64,000 nt of DNA from a bacterium (GCA_963674595.2 CAXXFV010000001.1:32001-96000), one strand, 5' to 3'; shown: positions 9,199 through 19,572, counted from the first letter of the stretch. Notes: generated from the letters alone by a model not told the origin. Numbers and translations are program-made.

Positions 9199-10409
9199 TG
9201 ACATTAAAAAAATTACCTGTTTTTAAAGGTGAAAAAATATCTATTACAGATGTTTATGACAGACAATGTAATAAAGAAATTTTGGCAACTACGGCCCTTT
9301 ACGGGCCGTGGACGCCAAACGGGGAATTCGACTGGCCAAGCTATACCAATCTTGTTGAAAATGTCCTTCAAAATAGCAGTATTCCGGCTACGAATGTAGA
9401 TACAACCTGGGCGATTTATAATGACTGGGAATTAACAAAAGAATTGATATGGCATACCGCGCAAGTTGCTTCAGAGAATGCACATTATATTTCTATGGAA
9501 AGACCGCTTGTGGTTGCCGGACTGAACACCAATTCCTATAACCTTTCTGTTGATGAAATTGCACCGACATTGCGAAAACAAATGCAGGAAATTTATAAAG
9601 GCCTGAAAGAAAGGTTTATTATTCCCCGGATTCGTTTTATACCGGTTCCCGATAAACGACTTTATGATGCTCCTTCGGATGTGAAATATAAAGTCTACCA
9701 GGAAATTGGCAAGGTCGTTGAAGAGTTTACGGATTATGGATTTGTATTTTTTGAGCTTGATATCGGAATTCCCGGATTTGGCTCCAACTTTACGCCCTTG
9801 GAAATTGAAAATATATTGACAAAAACACCGCAAATTCAGGAGTATAAAAGCGCCCTTATCAGCCGTAAATCATCTTTTCAATGTCAGTATGATTATTGTG
9901 ATGATATGATTCGGCTGGCTATCGTAGAAAGAGTTGCACCTGAACGTGTGCAGTTTTCTACGGGTAACGACTGGTTTATAGCCCTGGCAAGATACGGAAA
10001 AAATCTGAAAAAACATGGTTATTTACTTGGCGCCTCTCAAATGAGTCCCATGCTGTTCAAACTATGGCGGGATTTTGTATCGGAAGGTAAACCCTGTGCT
10101 TTGGCATTGGAACAGGACCTTCAGGCGGTTGCCAAAGACTTTTGGACACCCGGAAACGTGGGTATTTACAGACACTATATGGGGATTTTTCTGGCAATGA
10201 CGGGATTGATAAAACATCCCTTACCTCACCCAAAATGTGACAGCCGGTATATCGTTCAGCCGGATGACTATTTTCTCCCTCTCAAACATGCGTTGCGTTT
10301 AGGACTTGTTGATAAACACGATGCCGTCAGCATTGTGAAAAATATCATTCCAGGCTATGATTCCTGGAGTGATGAAAAAATCCGCAACCGAATTCAATAT
10401 ATGAGTTAA
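9198..10409 (+). CDS. Divergent DHDPS-like (class I aldolase / DUF993-like) TIM-barrel protein
   Basis: 1-nt overlap with the upstream gene; PATNVDT, YKSA (candidate Schiff-base Lys) and STGND resemble the DHDPS-like/DUF993 pattern. Confidence 0.5.
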   Translation: MTLKKLPVFKGEKISITDVYDRQCNKEILATTALYGPWTPNGEFDWPSYTNLVENVLQNSSIPATNVDTTWAIYNDWELTKELIWHTAQVASENAHYISMERPLVVAGLNTNSYNLSVDEIAPTLRKQMQEIYKGLKERFIIPRIRFIPVPDKRLYDAPSDVKYKVYQEIGKVVEEFTDYGFVFFELDIGIPGFGSNFTPLEIENILTKTPQIQEYKSALISRKSSFQCQYDYCDDMIRLAIVERVAPERVQFSTGNDWFIALARYGKNLKKHGYLLGASQMSPMLFKLWRDFVSEGKPCALALEQDLQAVAKDFWTPGNVGIYRHYMGIFLAMTGLIKHPLPHPKCDSRYIVQPDDYFLPLKHALRLGLVDKHDAVSIVKNIIPGYDSWSDEKIRNRIQYMS

Positions 10410-10488
10410 ATGAGAAAAGGGGGCCCTGGAATTATATCTTGTTCACTGTTGTTATACTTGTAATTTAATATTAAGTGGAGAAGATATC

Positions 10489-11004
10489 ATGCAGGAAAGA
10501 AAAAATATTGTAACAATTAAAAATAAACCCGTTACACTGTTAGGCCCGGAAATTAAAGTTAGCAGCAAGGCCCCGGAGTTTACGGTTATTGATAACAATC
10601 TTGATGAGTTTCATTCGTCAATTTTGCATGGAAAAATTCGGGTTTATAATGTTGTCCATTCACTGGAAACGTCTGTATGTGACTTGCAGACAAAAAACTT
10701 TAATCAACACGCATCCGATTTTGGTGACCGTGTTGAGGTGTTGACGTTAAGTGTGGACCTGCCGTTTACTCAGGCCCGGTGGTGCGGGAATGCCGGAATA
10801 GATCGCGTTAAGGTTTTATCCGATCATAAAGACCTTTCCTTTGGACTGGCGTATGGAGTTGTTATTAAGGAATTGCGTCTGTTGGCCCGTGCTGTTTTTG
10901 TGGTTGATGAGAATGATACCGTCCGATATGTTGAATACGTCCCTGAACTGAGCACGCATCCCAACTATGATAAAGTGCTTGAAACAATAGGTCAGTTAAT
11001 TTAG
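10489..11004 (+). CDS. tpx: Thiol peroxidase (atypical 2-Cys peroxiredoxin)
   Basis: SLETSVCDLQT, SVDLPFTQARWC, LLARAVFVVD. Confidence 0.92.
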   Translation: MQERKNIVTIKNKPVTLLGPEIKVSSKAPEFTVIDNNLDEFHSSILHGKIRVYNVVHSLETSVCDLQTKNFNQHASDFGDRVEVLTLSVDLPFTQARWCGNAGIDRVKVLSDHKDLSFGLAYGVVIKELRLLARAVFVVDENDTVRYVEYVPELSTHPNYDKVLETIGQLI

Positions 11005-11030
11005 GTTTTTAACATCAAGAAAGCGGACCT

Positions 11031-11318
11031 GTGACGCGGCTTGAAAAAGATGAAAAAGTACTGAGAAAATTTGTTACTGTTTATTGTAAACACGAACATA
11101 AACAAAACCAACTATGTGCCGAATGTCAGGATATTTTAGATTATTCGTTGGGTCGTTTACAAAAATGTCCCTATGACCCCAAGCCCATGTGCAAAAAATG
11201 TCCGGTCCATTGTTATAAACCTTTTTACCGGCAAAGAATAAAACAGATCATGAAAAAAGCCGGCATCCTGATGATTTTAAGGGGCCGGCTTGATTATGTT
11301 TATCACTATTTTTTCTAA
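11031..11318 (+). CDS. Nitrous oxide-stimulated promoter (YgbA) family protein
   Basis: YC..H...LCxEC...RLQKCP..KPMCKKCPVHCY...RIKQIM. Confidence 0.85.
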   Translation: MTRLEKDEKVLRKFVTVYCKHEHKQNQLCAECQDILDYSLGRLQKCPYDPKPMCKKCPVHCYKPFYRQRIKQIMKKAGILMILRGRLDYVYHYFF

Positions 11319-11319
11319 A

Positions 11320-11835
11320 TTACATATCGTCTTCCTGGTCGTCTGTTTCATCAAAATCGCCCAAAATATCCGGCTCTTCAAAATCTTCCGATTCGTCAGG
11401 TTCATCTTCCTGTGCTGCCTTGAGTGTTTCATAAGGTTCTACAATCATTTGAATATCTATATTAAAAAAGTCGAAAATTTCTGATAATAATTTTCCGCCT
11501 TTTTCATTCGGTATTTTGGTGACCAGGTTCATAGAAGCATATTCGGCCCTGACAACTTCTGCATCCTCACCTTTACCTATTTTTATCTTTTTTTGTTTTA
11601 CATTGAACGGCTTGATTGTTACGGCAGGAAGAATATACTCTTCGCCGGTATGGTTATCAAGAAATGATACTTTGGTCAGGCCTCTTACCATATTGTTAAA
11701 AAGCTCGCCGACCTGGATGCTGTTGTCAAGTTCCGCCTCTACCTGTAGAACAAGCTGTCTCACGATTTCGTCATTTTCACCTTTATCGTCGGCAGGCCAG
11801 AATTTTTTAATAATAGACTTTTCAAAATTAAGCAT
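11320..11835 (-). CDS. Hypothetical protein with strongly acidic C-terminal tail
   Basis: Open frame; AGGAG RBS before ATG 11835; tail EDEPDESEDFEEPDILGDFDETDDQEDDM. Confidence 0.65.
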   Translation of the reverse strand: MLNFEKSIIKKFWPADDKGENDEIVRQLVLQVEAELDNSIQVGELFNNMVRGLTKVSFLDNHTGEEYILPAVTIKPFNVKQKKIKIGKGEDAEVVRAEYASMNLVTKIPNEKGGKLLSEIFDFFNIDIQMIVEPYETLKAAQEDEPDESEDFEEPDILGDFDETDDQEDDM

Positions 11836-12049
11836 GTATTGACTCCTCTTTATATACACGCATTCACATTAATTAAAACATAGTTGACGAACATACAAAA
11901 TAATTTTCTGTAACGCAAGAGTATAATGTTGAGACATCCCAACTTGACCGTCCAAAATAAAACTTGACACTGGAAAGATAAATTGTTATTATAGTAGGTA
12001 ATTATGCAAGTCTCGTTGCAGGAAAATATGTTCAATGGAGGAGTACAAT

Positions 12050-12628
12050 ATGCTGGTCCGCGTTGAAGTAGAACGTGTGACTCTTGATACCAAGACCAGT
12101 CGTTTTGTTGTTATATTAAAGGATGGGAAAAAAAACAGGTGGCTTCCAATTGTTGTAGGATCTACAGAGGCGCAGGCAATTGCCCTGCAGTTGGAAAATA
12201 TCTCACCGCCACGTCCATTAACACATGATTTAATTCGAAATCTACTGGATACAATAAATGTTCAAGTTTCACGGATAGTTGTCAGTGATCTGCGTGATAA
12301 CACATATTTCGCATTAATTAGTCTTCAGGCAAATAGCGATATTAAAGATGTTGATGCCAGACCGAGTGATGCAATTGCTTTGGCATTACGAATGAAGTCT
12401 CCAATATTTGTTGAAGAAGATGTGATGAAAAAAGCAGCCATTACAGATTCAGAAGCAGATATTGTTACGGATGATGAAGAATTTGAATTGTCTCCCGGTG
12501 ACCAACTGGAGCAATTAAACGTCGATCTGCGTAACGCGGTGCAGGATGAACGATACGAAGACGCCGCCATGATTCGTGATGAGATAAAAAAGATTAAAGA
12601 CGAATTGCGTGAAAAAAAGGGTGAGTAA
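12050..12628 (+). CDS. Bifunctional nuclease (DUF151) with C-terminal UvrB/C motif
   Basis: LPIVVG..EAQAI, PRPLTHDL, DARPSDAIALA, ERYEDAAMIRD; GGAGG RBS before ATG 12050. Confidence 0.9.
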   Translation: MLVRVEVERVTLDTKTSRFVVILKDGKKNRWLPIVVGSTEAQAIALQLENISPPRPLTHDLIRNLLDTINVQVSRIVVSDLRDNTYFALISLQANSDIKDVDARPSDAIALALRMKSPIFVEEDVMKKAAITDSEADIVTDDEEFELSPGDQLEQLNVDLRNAVQDERYEDAAMIRDEIKKIKDELREKKGE

Positions 12629-12649
12629 TCATCTTTAATATTATATTTT

Positions 12650-12675
12650 AGCCTCTTTTAAGGGGCTTTTTTTTT
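12650..12675 (+). terminator. Intrinsic terminator
   Basis: AGCCTCT-TTTA-AGGGGCT followed by a T run. Confidence 0.7.
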
Positions 12676-12732
12676 CTTACCTCAATCATACCCTGTTAAT
12701 AGCTCAGAAAATAGACTTGGAAAGGACGACTA

Positions 12733-13974
12733 TTGCAAGGAAAACGCTGGCCATGGTTATATATACCATCATTATATTTTGCTGAGGGATTGCCTTATAT
12801 CCTGATAAATGCCGTATCCGTTATTATGTTCAAAAAAATGAATGTGTCTAACACGGTTATCGGCCTTACCGGTTTTTTATATCTACCCTGGGTTATTAAA
12901 ATGTTTTGGGGACCGGTTGTTGACACTGTTTCAACCAAACGGCAATGGATTCTGTCCACACAAATATTAATGGCTGTTTGTTTTTTACTTGTAGCAGCAG
13001 GAGTACAGGTAAGCGGATTTTTGTCCATCAGCCTTGTGCTGTTTTTTATCACCGCTTTTTTAAGCGCCACCCATGATATTGCGATTGACGGTTATTACAT
13101 GCTGGCTTTGGATGAAAAAAAGCAGGCTTTTTATGTGGGTATCAGGTCTACATTTTACAGAATTGCTATTATTTTTGCAACAGGCGCTTTGGTTGTTATT
13201 GCCGGAACCATTGAAAAATCCACCGGTAATATTGCGTTCAGTTGGTCTGTTGTTTTTATGATTTCCGGCGGTATCTTTTTTCTGTTATATTTTTTCCACC
13301 GGTTTTATCTGCCGCATCCGGTTGATAACGTTGTGTCTGAGGGTTCGCGATTCGGTGATATGAAACAGGTTTTTAAAACCTATTTTCAGCAAAAAAATAT
13401 TATTCTTATTGTTCTTTTTGTTTTATTTTACCGGCTTGGTGAGGCTATTCTCGGCAAAATGACAGCGCCGTTTCTGCTTGATGGTGTAGAAAAAGGTGGT
13501 CTTGGTCTGGAGACAACGACTGTCGGTTATTTATATGGAACAGTCGGTATGCTCAGCCTTGTTGCCGGTGGTATTGTCGGCGGCTGGCTGATTTCTAAAT
13601 TCGGTTTAAAAAAATGTATCTGGCCGATGGCCCTTGCTTTAAAGGCGCCGGACCTGGTTTATGTTTATATGTCTACGGTACACCCGTCCATTGAAATTAT
13701 TTATCCGTTAGTGGCTGTTGAACAATTTGGCTATGGTATCGGTTTTACGGCCTTTATGGTTTTTCTTATGTATCTTACACAGGAAAAATACAAAACATCG
13801 CATTTTGCTATTTCAACCGGCATTATGGCCTTGGGAATGATGATTCCGGGAATGATAAGCGGCTATTTGCAGACCCTTCTCGGATATACAAACTTTTTTA
13901 TTATGGTCGTGTTTTTAACGCTGCCCGGATTAATTGTGTTGTTTTTTCTGCCGATTCCTGAAGAATCTAAATAA
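12733..13974 (+). CDS. ampG: AmpG-family muropeptide MFS permease
   Basis: LYFAEGLP, PWVIKMFWGPVVD, SATHDIAIDGYY; many TM helices; adjacent to namZ. Confidence 0.8.
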   Translation: MQGKRWPWLYIPSLYFAEGLPYILINAVSVIMFKKMNVSNTVIGLTGFLYLPWVIKMFWGPVVDTVSTKRQWILSTQILMAVCFLLVAAGVQVSGFLSISLVLFFITAFLSATHDIAIDGYYMLALDEKKQAFYVGIRSTFYRIAIIFATGALVVIAGTIEKSTGNIAFSWSVVFMISGGIFFLLYFFHRFYLPHPVDNVVSEGSRFGDMKQVFKTYFQQKNIILIVLFVLFYRLGEAILGKMTAPFLLDGVEKGGLGLETTTVGYLYGTVGMLSLVAGGIVGGWLISKFGLKKCIWPMALALKAPDLVYVYMSTVHPSIEIIYPLVAVEQFGYGIGFTAFMVFLMYLTQEKYKTSHFAISTGIMALGMMIPGMISGYLQTLLGYTNFFIMVVFLTLPGLIVLFFLPIPEESK

Positions 13975-14042
13975 TGTTTATTTACTGGTTTGTTACATGG
14001 CTATAAATTAAATTTTCTGCTTTTTAGAAACAGAGCGTTAGA

Positions 14043-15275
14043 ATGAGAAAAATTTTATTTTCTTTATGCATTATTTCAAGTTTTTTTTCTCAATCCTGTG
14101 CTGAGATTAAACAGGAAAAAATCGTTGTTAAACCCGGCATTGATGTTCTGATTGATGAACACATGGACTTGGTGAAAAATCAAAAAATCGGGTTGATTAC
14201 CAATCAGACAGGGGTAACTGCCTCCCTCAAATCTACAATCGATGTTTTATCAGAACAAAAAGACCTGAAACTGTTGGCTCTTTTTTCACCGGAACACGGT
14301 TTATACGGAGCAACCGAAGCCGGCCAATATGTGCCGCACGGATGTGATGAAAATTCCGGGATTCCCATTTACAGCTTGTATGGAAAAACACGTAAACCGA
14401 CACCGGACATGTTGAAAAATCTGGATGTTCTGGTGTTTGATATTCAGGACATTGGCTCGCGGGCTTATACCTACATTTACACCATGGCCTTGGCCATGCA
14501 AGCCGCGCAGGAAAACAGTATCAAATTTATCGTGCTGGATCGACCGAATCCGCTTGGCGGAACGTTGGTGGAAGGCCCGGTTTTGGATGAAAAATTCAGT
14601 TCTTTTATCGGCATGTATCCGATACCTTATATCTATGGAATGACCATCGGTGAACTGGCTTTATTTTTTAACAGTGAATTTGATATCAATGCCGACCTGA
14701 CGGTTGTGCCATTGTCCGGCTGGAAGCGCCGGATGAATTATATGGATACCGGACTACAGTGGGTGCCCACTTCTCCGCATGTGCCGGACAGCCAGACGCC
14801 CTTTTATATCGCCGCAACTGGGTGCATTGGGGAACTGGGTACGGTTAATGAAGGTGTTGGTTATACCATGCCTTTCCGGCTCATCGGCAAACCGGAGTTT
14901 AATGCTGACACTTTTGCTGAGAAAATGAACGCACTTGATCTTTCGGGTGTTTGTTTTCGGCCCACGTTTTATAAACCTTATTATGGGAAATTTACAGGCA
15001 AGATTGTTAAAGGTGTGCAAATTCATATTACCGATTTTAACACTTTTAAACCTATGCAGACACAAATCTTTTTGTTAAAGACGATTATATCGGAAAATTT
15101 ACAGGAATCGATTTTTAGTACGGAACGAATTGATATGTTTGATAAAGCCATGGGGACAGATAAAATCCGGCTGGGTCTTGAAAAAGACGTTCCTGTAGAT
15201 AGTTTGTATCAAATACTTGATAAGGGGATGGATGAGTTTCTGAAAAAACGGGTAAAATATTTACAATATGATTAA
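14043..15275 (+). CDS. namZ: Exo-beta-N-acetylmuramidase NamZ (DUF1343), exported, probable lipoprotein
   Basis: GLITNQTG, LFSPEHG, FDIQDIGSRAYTY, LDRPNPLGG, WVPTSPH. Confidence 0.88.
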   Translation: MRKILFSLCIISSFFSQSCAEIKQEKIVVKPGIDVLIDEHMDLVKNQKIGLITNQTGVTASLKSTIDVLSEQKDLKLLALFSPEHGLYGATEAGQYVPHGCDENSGIPIYSLYGKTRKPTPDMLKNLDVLVFDIQDIGSRAYTYIYTMALAMQAAQENSIKFIVLDRPNPLGGTLVEGPVLDEKFSSFIGMYPIPYIYGMTIGELALFFNSEFDINADLTVVPLSGWKRRMNYMDTGLQWVPTSPHVPDSQTPFYIAATGCIGELGTVNEGVGYTMPFRLIGKPEFNADTFAEKMNALDLSGVCFRPTFYKPYYGKFTGKIVKGVQIHITDFNTFKPMQTQIFLLKTIISENLQESIFSTERIDMFDKAMGTDKIRLGLEKDVPVDSLYQILDKGMDEFLKKRVKYLQYD

Positions 15276-15279
15276 AAAA

Positions 15280-16515
15280 TTATGACACATCAATGGGAAT
15301 GTTGAGTGCCAATTTTTTTGCTTTTTCTTCATAACTCGTTACACCGTTTCCGTTATTTTCTTTGCTTGAAAAATTTTGAGAAACATTGTTTTCCGGCTGC
15401 TTTTTACTCCAATTAAATGGAGACCATTTGTTTCGTTGGGCAAAGCTTTGTATCTTTGGCTTTGCAGCTATTTCATCTGCCTCCGGTTGTGTTAAAATAA
15501 AAGGTCTGGCTTGTTTAACGGTTTTTCTAAAATTTTTGTTATAATCAATAAAGCCCAAAAATTTAGTTTCCACCATTAATAAATTGGAAATTTTTTCCTG
15601 AAAATATTTGGCTTCTTTTGGTTCCGCTGAATCAAGCACCATATTCATAATCAGATTAGGTCTGAATTTTTGGACAACGCCTTTAAAAATGGTACCTGCT
15701 CTTGGGTCATGCCGGTCAACCCTTACCAGTATTTGCTTCATGGGTTGTTCATATTTACGCCAATCCCAGTTTTCAAATTCTTCCAGTTGCGACAAGGCAT
15801 ATTCACTAAAAGCCAGAGACTTTTTTAATTTTCGTAGTAACGCACTGCGAATAAAATGAAAAGCGTCCATAAATGATGTGGCTTCCGGCAGCGTTACGAT
15901 AATGCCGTCATCACAGGCAAGAAAAATATCAACAGTTCCGTATGATACACCCGGACTCTGATCGATAAGCACATAATCACAGGGGAGTTCGCGTAGTTGG
16001 CGGATAAATTTTAATCTTTTAAAAAATTTGGGGTTTGATGATTCCAAACTGCCGACCTGTCCGCAAATCATTTTTATGTTTTTATGGTTTGTGTCAACCA
16101 ATAGCTGTGAAAGATCGACGTGACTATTTTGAAAATAGGCGTTTAATGTTACCGGGGGACGTGAAATGCCCATCCATTCATGCAAATCCGGACCGCCAAA
16201 ATCCGCATCAACGATAATAACCTTGTGGTTTATATTTGCCAGCTCAATAGCCAGGGAAGCCGTCAGGGCGGTTTTTCCGACACCGCCTTTACCACTGGCA
16301 ATGGCAATAATTTTTCCAGCTTTATTTACATAACGATGAGATGAAATTAGTTTGTTAAACACTTGATTTTTTTCTAGTTTTTCCCATGTATTGGATTGAT
16401 AATCCCAAAACAAATCTTCTGCTGATATCAATCCATTACGTACGAATCGGCAGAATTCAGCCCTTTTTAACGGACCAAATTGCTGTTTTGATGTACGAAT
16501 GTATATGGCATTCAT
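15280..16515 (-). CDS. MinD/FlhG-like P-loop ATPase with N-terminal GYF_2 (DUF4339)-like domain
   Basis: GGAGG RBS before ATG 16515; N-terminal QQFGP..GLIS..DLFW...W; deviant Walker A SGKGGVGKT; VDADFG; IDQSPG. Confidence 0.8.
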   Translation of the reverse strand: MNAIYIRTSKQQFGPLKRAEFCRFVRNGLISAEDLFWDYQSNTWEKLEKNQVFNKLISSHRYVNKAGKIIAIASGKGGVGKTALTASLAIELANINHKVIIVDADFGGPDLHEWMGISRPPVTLNAYFQNSHVDLSQLLVDTNHKNIKMICGQVGSLESSNPKFFKRLKFIRQLRELPCDYVLIDQSPGVSYGTVDIFLACDDGIIVTLPEATSFMDAFHFIRSALLRKLKKSLAFSEYALSQLEEFENWDWRKYEQPMKQILVRVDRHDPRAGTIFKGVVQKFRPNLIMNMVLDSAEPKEAKYFQEKISNLLMVETKFLGFIDYNKNFRKTVKQARPFILTQPEADEIAAKPKIQSFAQRNKWSPFNWSKKQPENNVSQNFSSKENNGNGVTSYEEKAKKLALNIPIDVS

Positions 16516-16855
16516 GCCTTTTCCTCCAACCCAAAAGAATGTAACAGCGTGAGATAAATGTTTGTGCGATATCAGATGTTTTATTCTACTATTAATATAC
16601 AATTATCGTTCCAAAATTCAATGAAATTTTTTATTTTATTGTATTTATATGATAAATGTTTTTTAAAGATATTTTTTACAATTAGTTAGGTTTAATAAGA
16701 TTTTACGTAATTAAAATCAAAAAAATTAAAAGAGTGGCTTTAAGTGGTCATTTTGTACGAAAATCGTGACATTTTAGCCAGTTTACGGTGCATGTTTTAA
16801 ACTTTACTATTTACTATAATAATTTTTTTTACTATCATTATGACAAATGCACTGA

Positions 16856-17506
16856 ATGGAAAAATTTTTATATAAAGGAGGTATTTTGTCTTCGTTAAAA
16901 GAAATTTTTAATCCTCTATCCGGCGAACGTTTAAAAGAATGGTTTGCTGATTTAACAACCTTGTGGCATAATGCGGCACCGATTGAGCCCGAAGACCATT
17001 ATTCCCCTAAAGGCATGACCCAATGGATTCATTATAATAATTTTTTATTATGGCACCTGGAGGATGAAGCGCGCTGTAAAACGGCAAAGGACGAAGTCAT
17101 TGCAAAATGTAAACGTGCAATTGACAAGCATAATCAGTTGCGGAATGACGCTATAGAACATGTTGATATCTGGCTGGAAAATGCTTTGAGTTCTGCCGGA
17201 ATAACAGCACCGCCTGAAGTCGAAATTAATTCTGAAACGCCCGGAGCCATAATTGATCGTTTATCGATTATCTGCTTAAAGATTTTTCACATGTCTGAAG
17301 AAGCCGAACGAGACGACGCGGAAAAGGAACATAGAAAAAATGCAGAGCAACGCCTGGCTGTTTTAAGTGAACAACGGGATATTCTTGCCGCTTCGTTGGA
17401 TAAACTGCTTTTGGACCTTAGAATGGTTAAAAAACGCCACAAAATTTACAGACAATATAAAATGTATAATGATCCGAAATATAATCCTGTTTTATATAAA
17501 AAATAA
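16856..17506 (+). CDS. DUF4254 domain protein (start may be TTG 16886)
   Basis: LWHLEDEAR, KRAIDKHNQLRND, NSETPGAIIDRLSI, YRQYKMYNDP. Confidence 0.85.
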   Translation: MEKFLYKGGILSSLKEIFNPLSGERLKEWFADLTTLWHNAAPIEPEDHYSPKGMTQWIHYNNFLLWHLEDEARCKTAKDEVIAKCKRAIDKHNQLRNDAIEHVDIWLENALSSAGITAPPEVEINSETPGAIIDRLSIICLKIFHMSEEAERDDAEKEHRKNAEQRLAVLSEQRDILAASLDKLLLDLRMVKKRHKIYRQYKMYNDPKYNPVLYKK

Positions 17507-17515
17507 GGACTTTTT

Positions 17516-18790
17516 GTGAAAATAAAGCTTGCGTACGGCAAAAAGGGCCTTTTAGCCGACATCCCTGATCATAATATTGTTAAAACTTTTCGAATGAAAG
17601 ACGAAAAGGTTTTGATAGACCCCTATATAGAATTTACCAAAAGTCTGTTACAACCCATCGGAATCGGCAAAAACCTGTTTGATATGGCACGAAGCTGCAA
17701 GTCAGCCTGTATTTTAGTGTGTGATATAACACGTCCTGTCCCTAACAAGCTTTTATTACCCCCACTTTTAAAAACGTTACATGCAGCCGGTCTAAGTCAT
17801 GACGATATTCTGTTGTTAATTGCCACAGGGACCCATCGTTCAAACACAGGTAAAGAACTTGAGGAACTTGTAGGCGCTCAAATAGCCAAAGAATATCATA
17901 TTGAAAATCATGATATAAAAAATAAAGAGGCTCATGCTTTAATCGGAGAAACAGCCTCGGGAATACCGATATGGCTGGATAAACGATTTTTAAATGCTGA
18001 AATGAAAATAGCCACTGGTTTTATAGAGCCGCACATGTTTGCCGGTTATTCAGGTGGAAGAAAGCTTGTTGTTCCCGGTATTGCCGGACTGGAAACACTA
18101 AAATACATGCATGGACCTCACATTTTATCACAACCTGGGTCCCGTGAAGGAAACCTGGTTGATAACCCGTTTCATAATGAAGCGACCGAAATGGCTAAAA
18201 TTGCCGGATTAGACTTTATTATAAACGTATCATTGAATGAAAAAAATGAGATAACCGGTATATTTTCAGGCGAACCGCAACAGGCTTTTCTACAGGGTAC
18301 GGACTTTGTTGCGAATAAAGTCAAAAGTCCTGTTTCGGAAAAGGTTGATGTTGTTGTCACAACAGGTGGAGGTTACCCGCTTGATACTACCTGGTACCAA
18401 ACGATAAAGGGTCTGTCATCCGTCCAATCCATTGTAAAAGACGGGGGTACCATTATTATTGCCTCTGAATGCAGTGAGGGGTTTGGCGGCAGTGATTTTG
18501 ATCAGCTTTTATTAAATAATCCGGACCTTGACAGTTTTATGGAAAAAATCCAAAAGGACGATTTTTTTGTTACCGATCAATGGCAATACCAAAAATTTAT
18601 TAATGTTGCCAAAAAAGTTAAAATTGTTCTTGTCTCTGAAAAATTATGGCAAATTCAACCGGAAATTCCCCATGTTACCCGGGCCGAATCTGTTGAAACC
18701 GCTATCAACAATGAATTAAAAATCAGGGGAGCCTCGCTCAAAATTGCCGTTATTCCAAAAGGACCCTATATTCTACCGGTTTTGGAATAA
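17516..18790 (+). CDS. larA: Nickel-pincer-dependent lactate racemase LarA family protein
   Basis: DITRPVP, ATGTHR, EPHMFAGYSGGRK, GGYPLD..YQTIKG. Confidence 0.85.
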   Translation: MKIKLAYGKKGLLADIPDHNIVKTFRMKDEKVLIDPYIEFTKSLLQPIGIGKNLFDMARSCKSACILVCDITRPVPNKLLLPPLLKTLHAAGLSHDDILLLIATGTHRSNTGKELEELVGAQIAKEYHIENHDIKNKEAHALIGETASGIPIWLDKRFLNAEMKIATGFIEPHMFAGYSGGRKLVVPGIAGLETLKYMHGPHILSQPGSREGNLVDNPFHNEATEMAKIAGLDFIINVSLNEKNEITGIFSGEPQQAFLQGTDFVANKVKSPVSEKVDVVVTTGGGYPLDTTWYQTIKGLSSVQSIVKDGGTIIIASECSEGFGGSDFDQLLLNNPDLDSFMEKIQKDDFFVTDQWQYQKFINVAKKVKIVLVSEKLWQIQPEIPHVTRAESVETAINNELKIRGASLKIAVIPKGPYILPVLE

Positions 18791-19030
18791 TTTAGTGTAA
18801 ATTTTTTCAATTTTAGGGGAACAATTTTAAAAGTTATGCGTTTTACAGTTATGATCGAAAAAATGTCGTTAATGCAAAATTCGTTTTAATGAATTTTTTC
18901 TATATATAACTTGATAATTACGTTAAATTTCGTTACATTAGTCACTGTAAACTTTTCATATAAATTTTTATATAAATCTATTGACTTGCTATGTGCAATT
19001 ACGATGTGAGAGACCAGGAGGTATGATATT

Positions 19031-19552
19031 ATGTTTAAACTTCAATCAATCGACTCTGTCGATGCTTTAAAAATTTCCATCCAATGTGAAAAGGACATGA
19101 AAACCTACTATGAAAAAATCTCATCTTTGATAAAAGACGAAGATGCCCTCACAATTTTTAAAGGATTGGCTGAGAAAGAAGAGAAACATCGAAAAAAACT
19201 CATTAAAACCTATAGCCAAGTTAGCGGTAAAAAAATTCTGTATCTTAATTTAGGTAAAAAGCATAAATTGAACTCGCTGGAAAAGTGCGGATCTGATCCG
19301 AACCATTCAGTTCGAATTGCAAAGAAAAATGAAGAAGAATTAAAATCATTTTACATTACAATTTCTCGTCGTTTAATTGAGCCTGAATTGAGACAACTTT
19401 TTAGAGAAATGGCTTATGAACGCGGTCAACATTACGCTCTTTTAGAAGCCTCTTTTGTTGAACCATTAGCTCTTGATCAAGAGCCTGTTACAGAAAACGA
19501 AAATATTATGAATGAAGTGACTGCTCATTCTGAAGCAATAAAGGCATGGTAA
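19031..19552 (+). CDS. Ferritin-like (rubrerythrin-domain) protein
   Basis: Two helical repeats: E..YY...LAEKEEKH and E..FY...MAYERGQH; AGGAGG RBS. Confidence 0.7.
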   Translation: MFKLQSIDSVDALKISIQCEKDMKTYYEKISSLIKDEDALTIFKGLAEKEEKHRKKLIKTYSQVSGKKILYLNLGKKHKLNSLEKCGSDPNHSVRIAKKNEEELKSFYITISRRLIEPELRQLFREMAYERGQHYALLEASFVEPLALDQEPVTENENIMNEVTAHSEAIKAW

Positions 19553-19572
19553 ACAAATTCATAAATTTTTTT

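Noticed and set aside
12733-15275. ampG-namZ pair
   Set aside because: Ordinary peptidoglycan-recycling neighbourhood.
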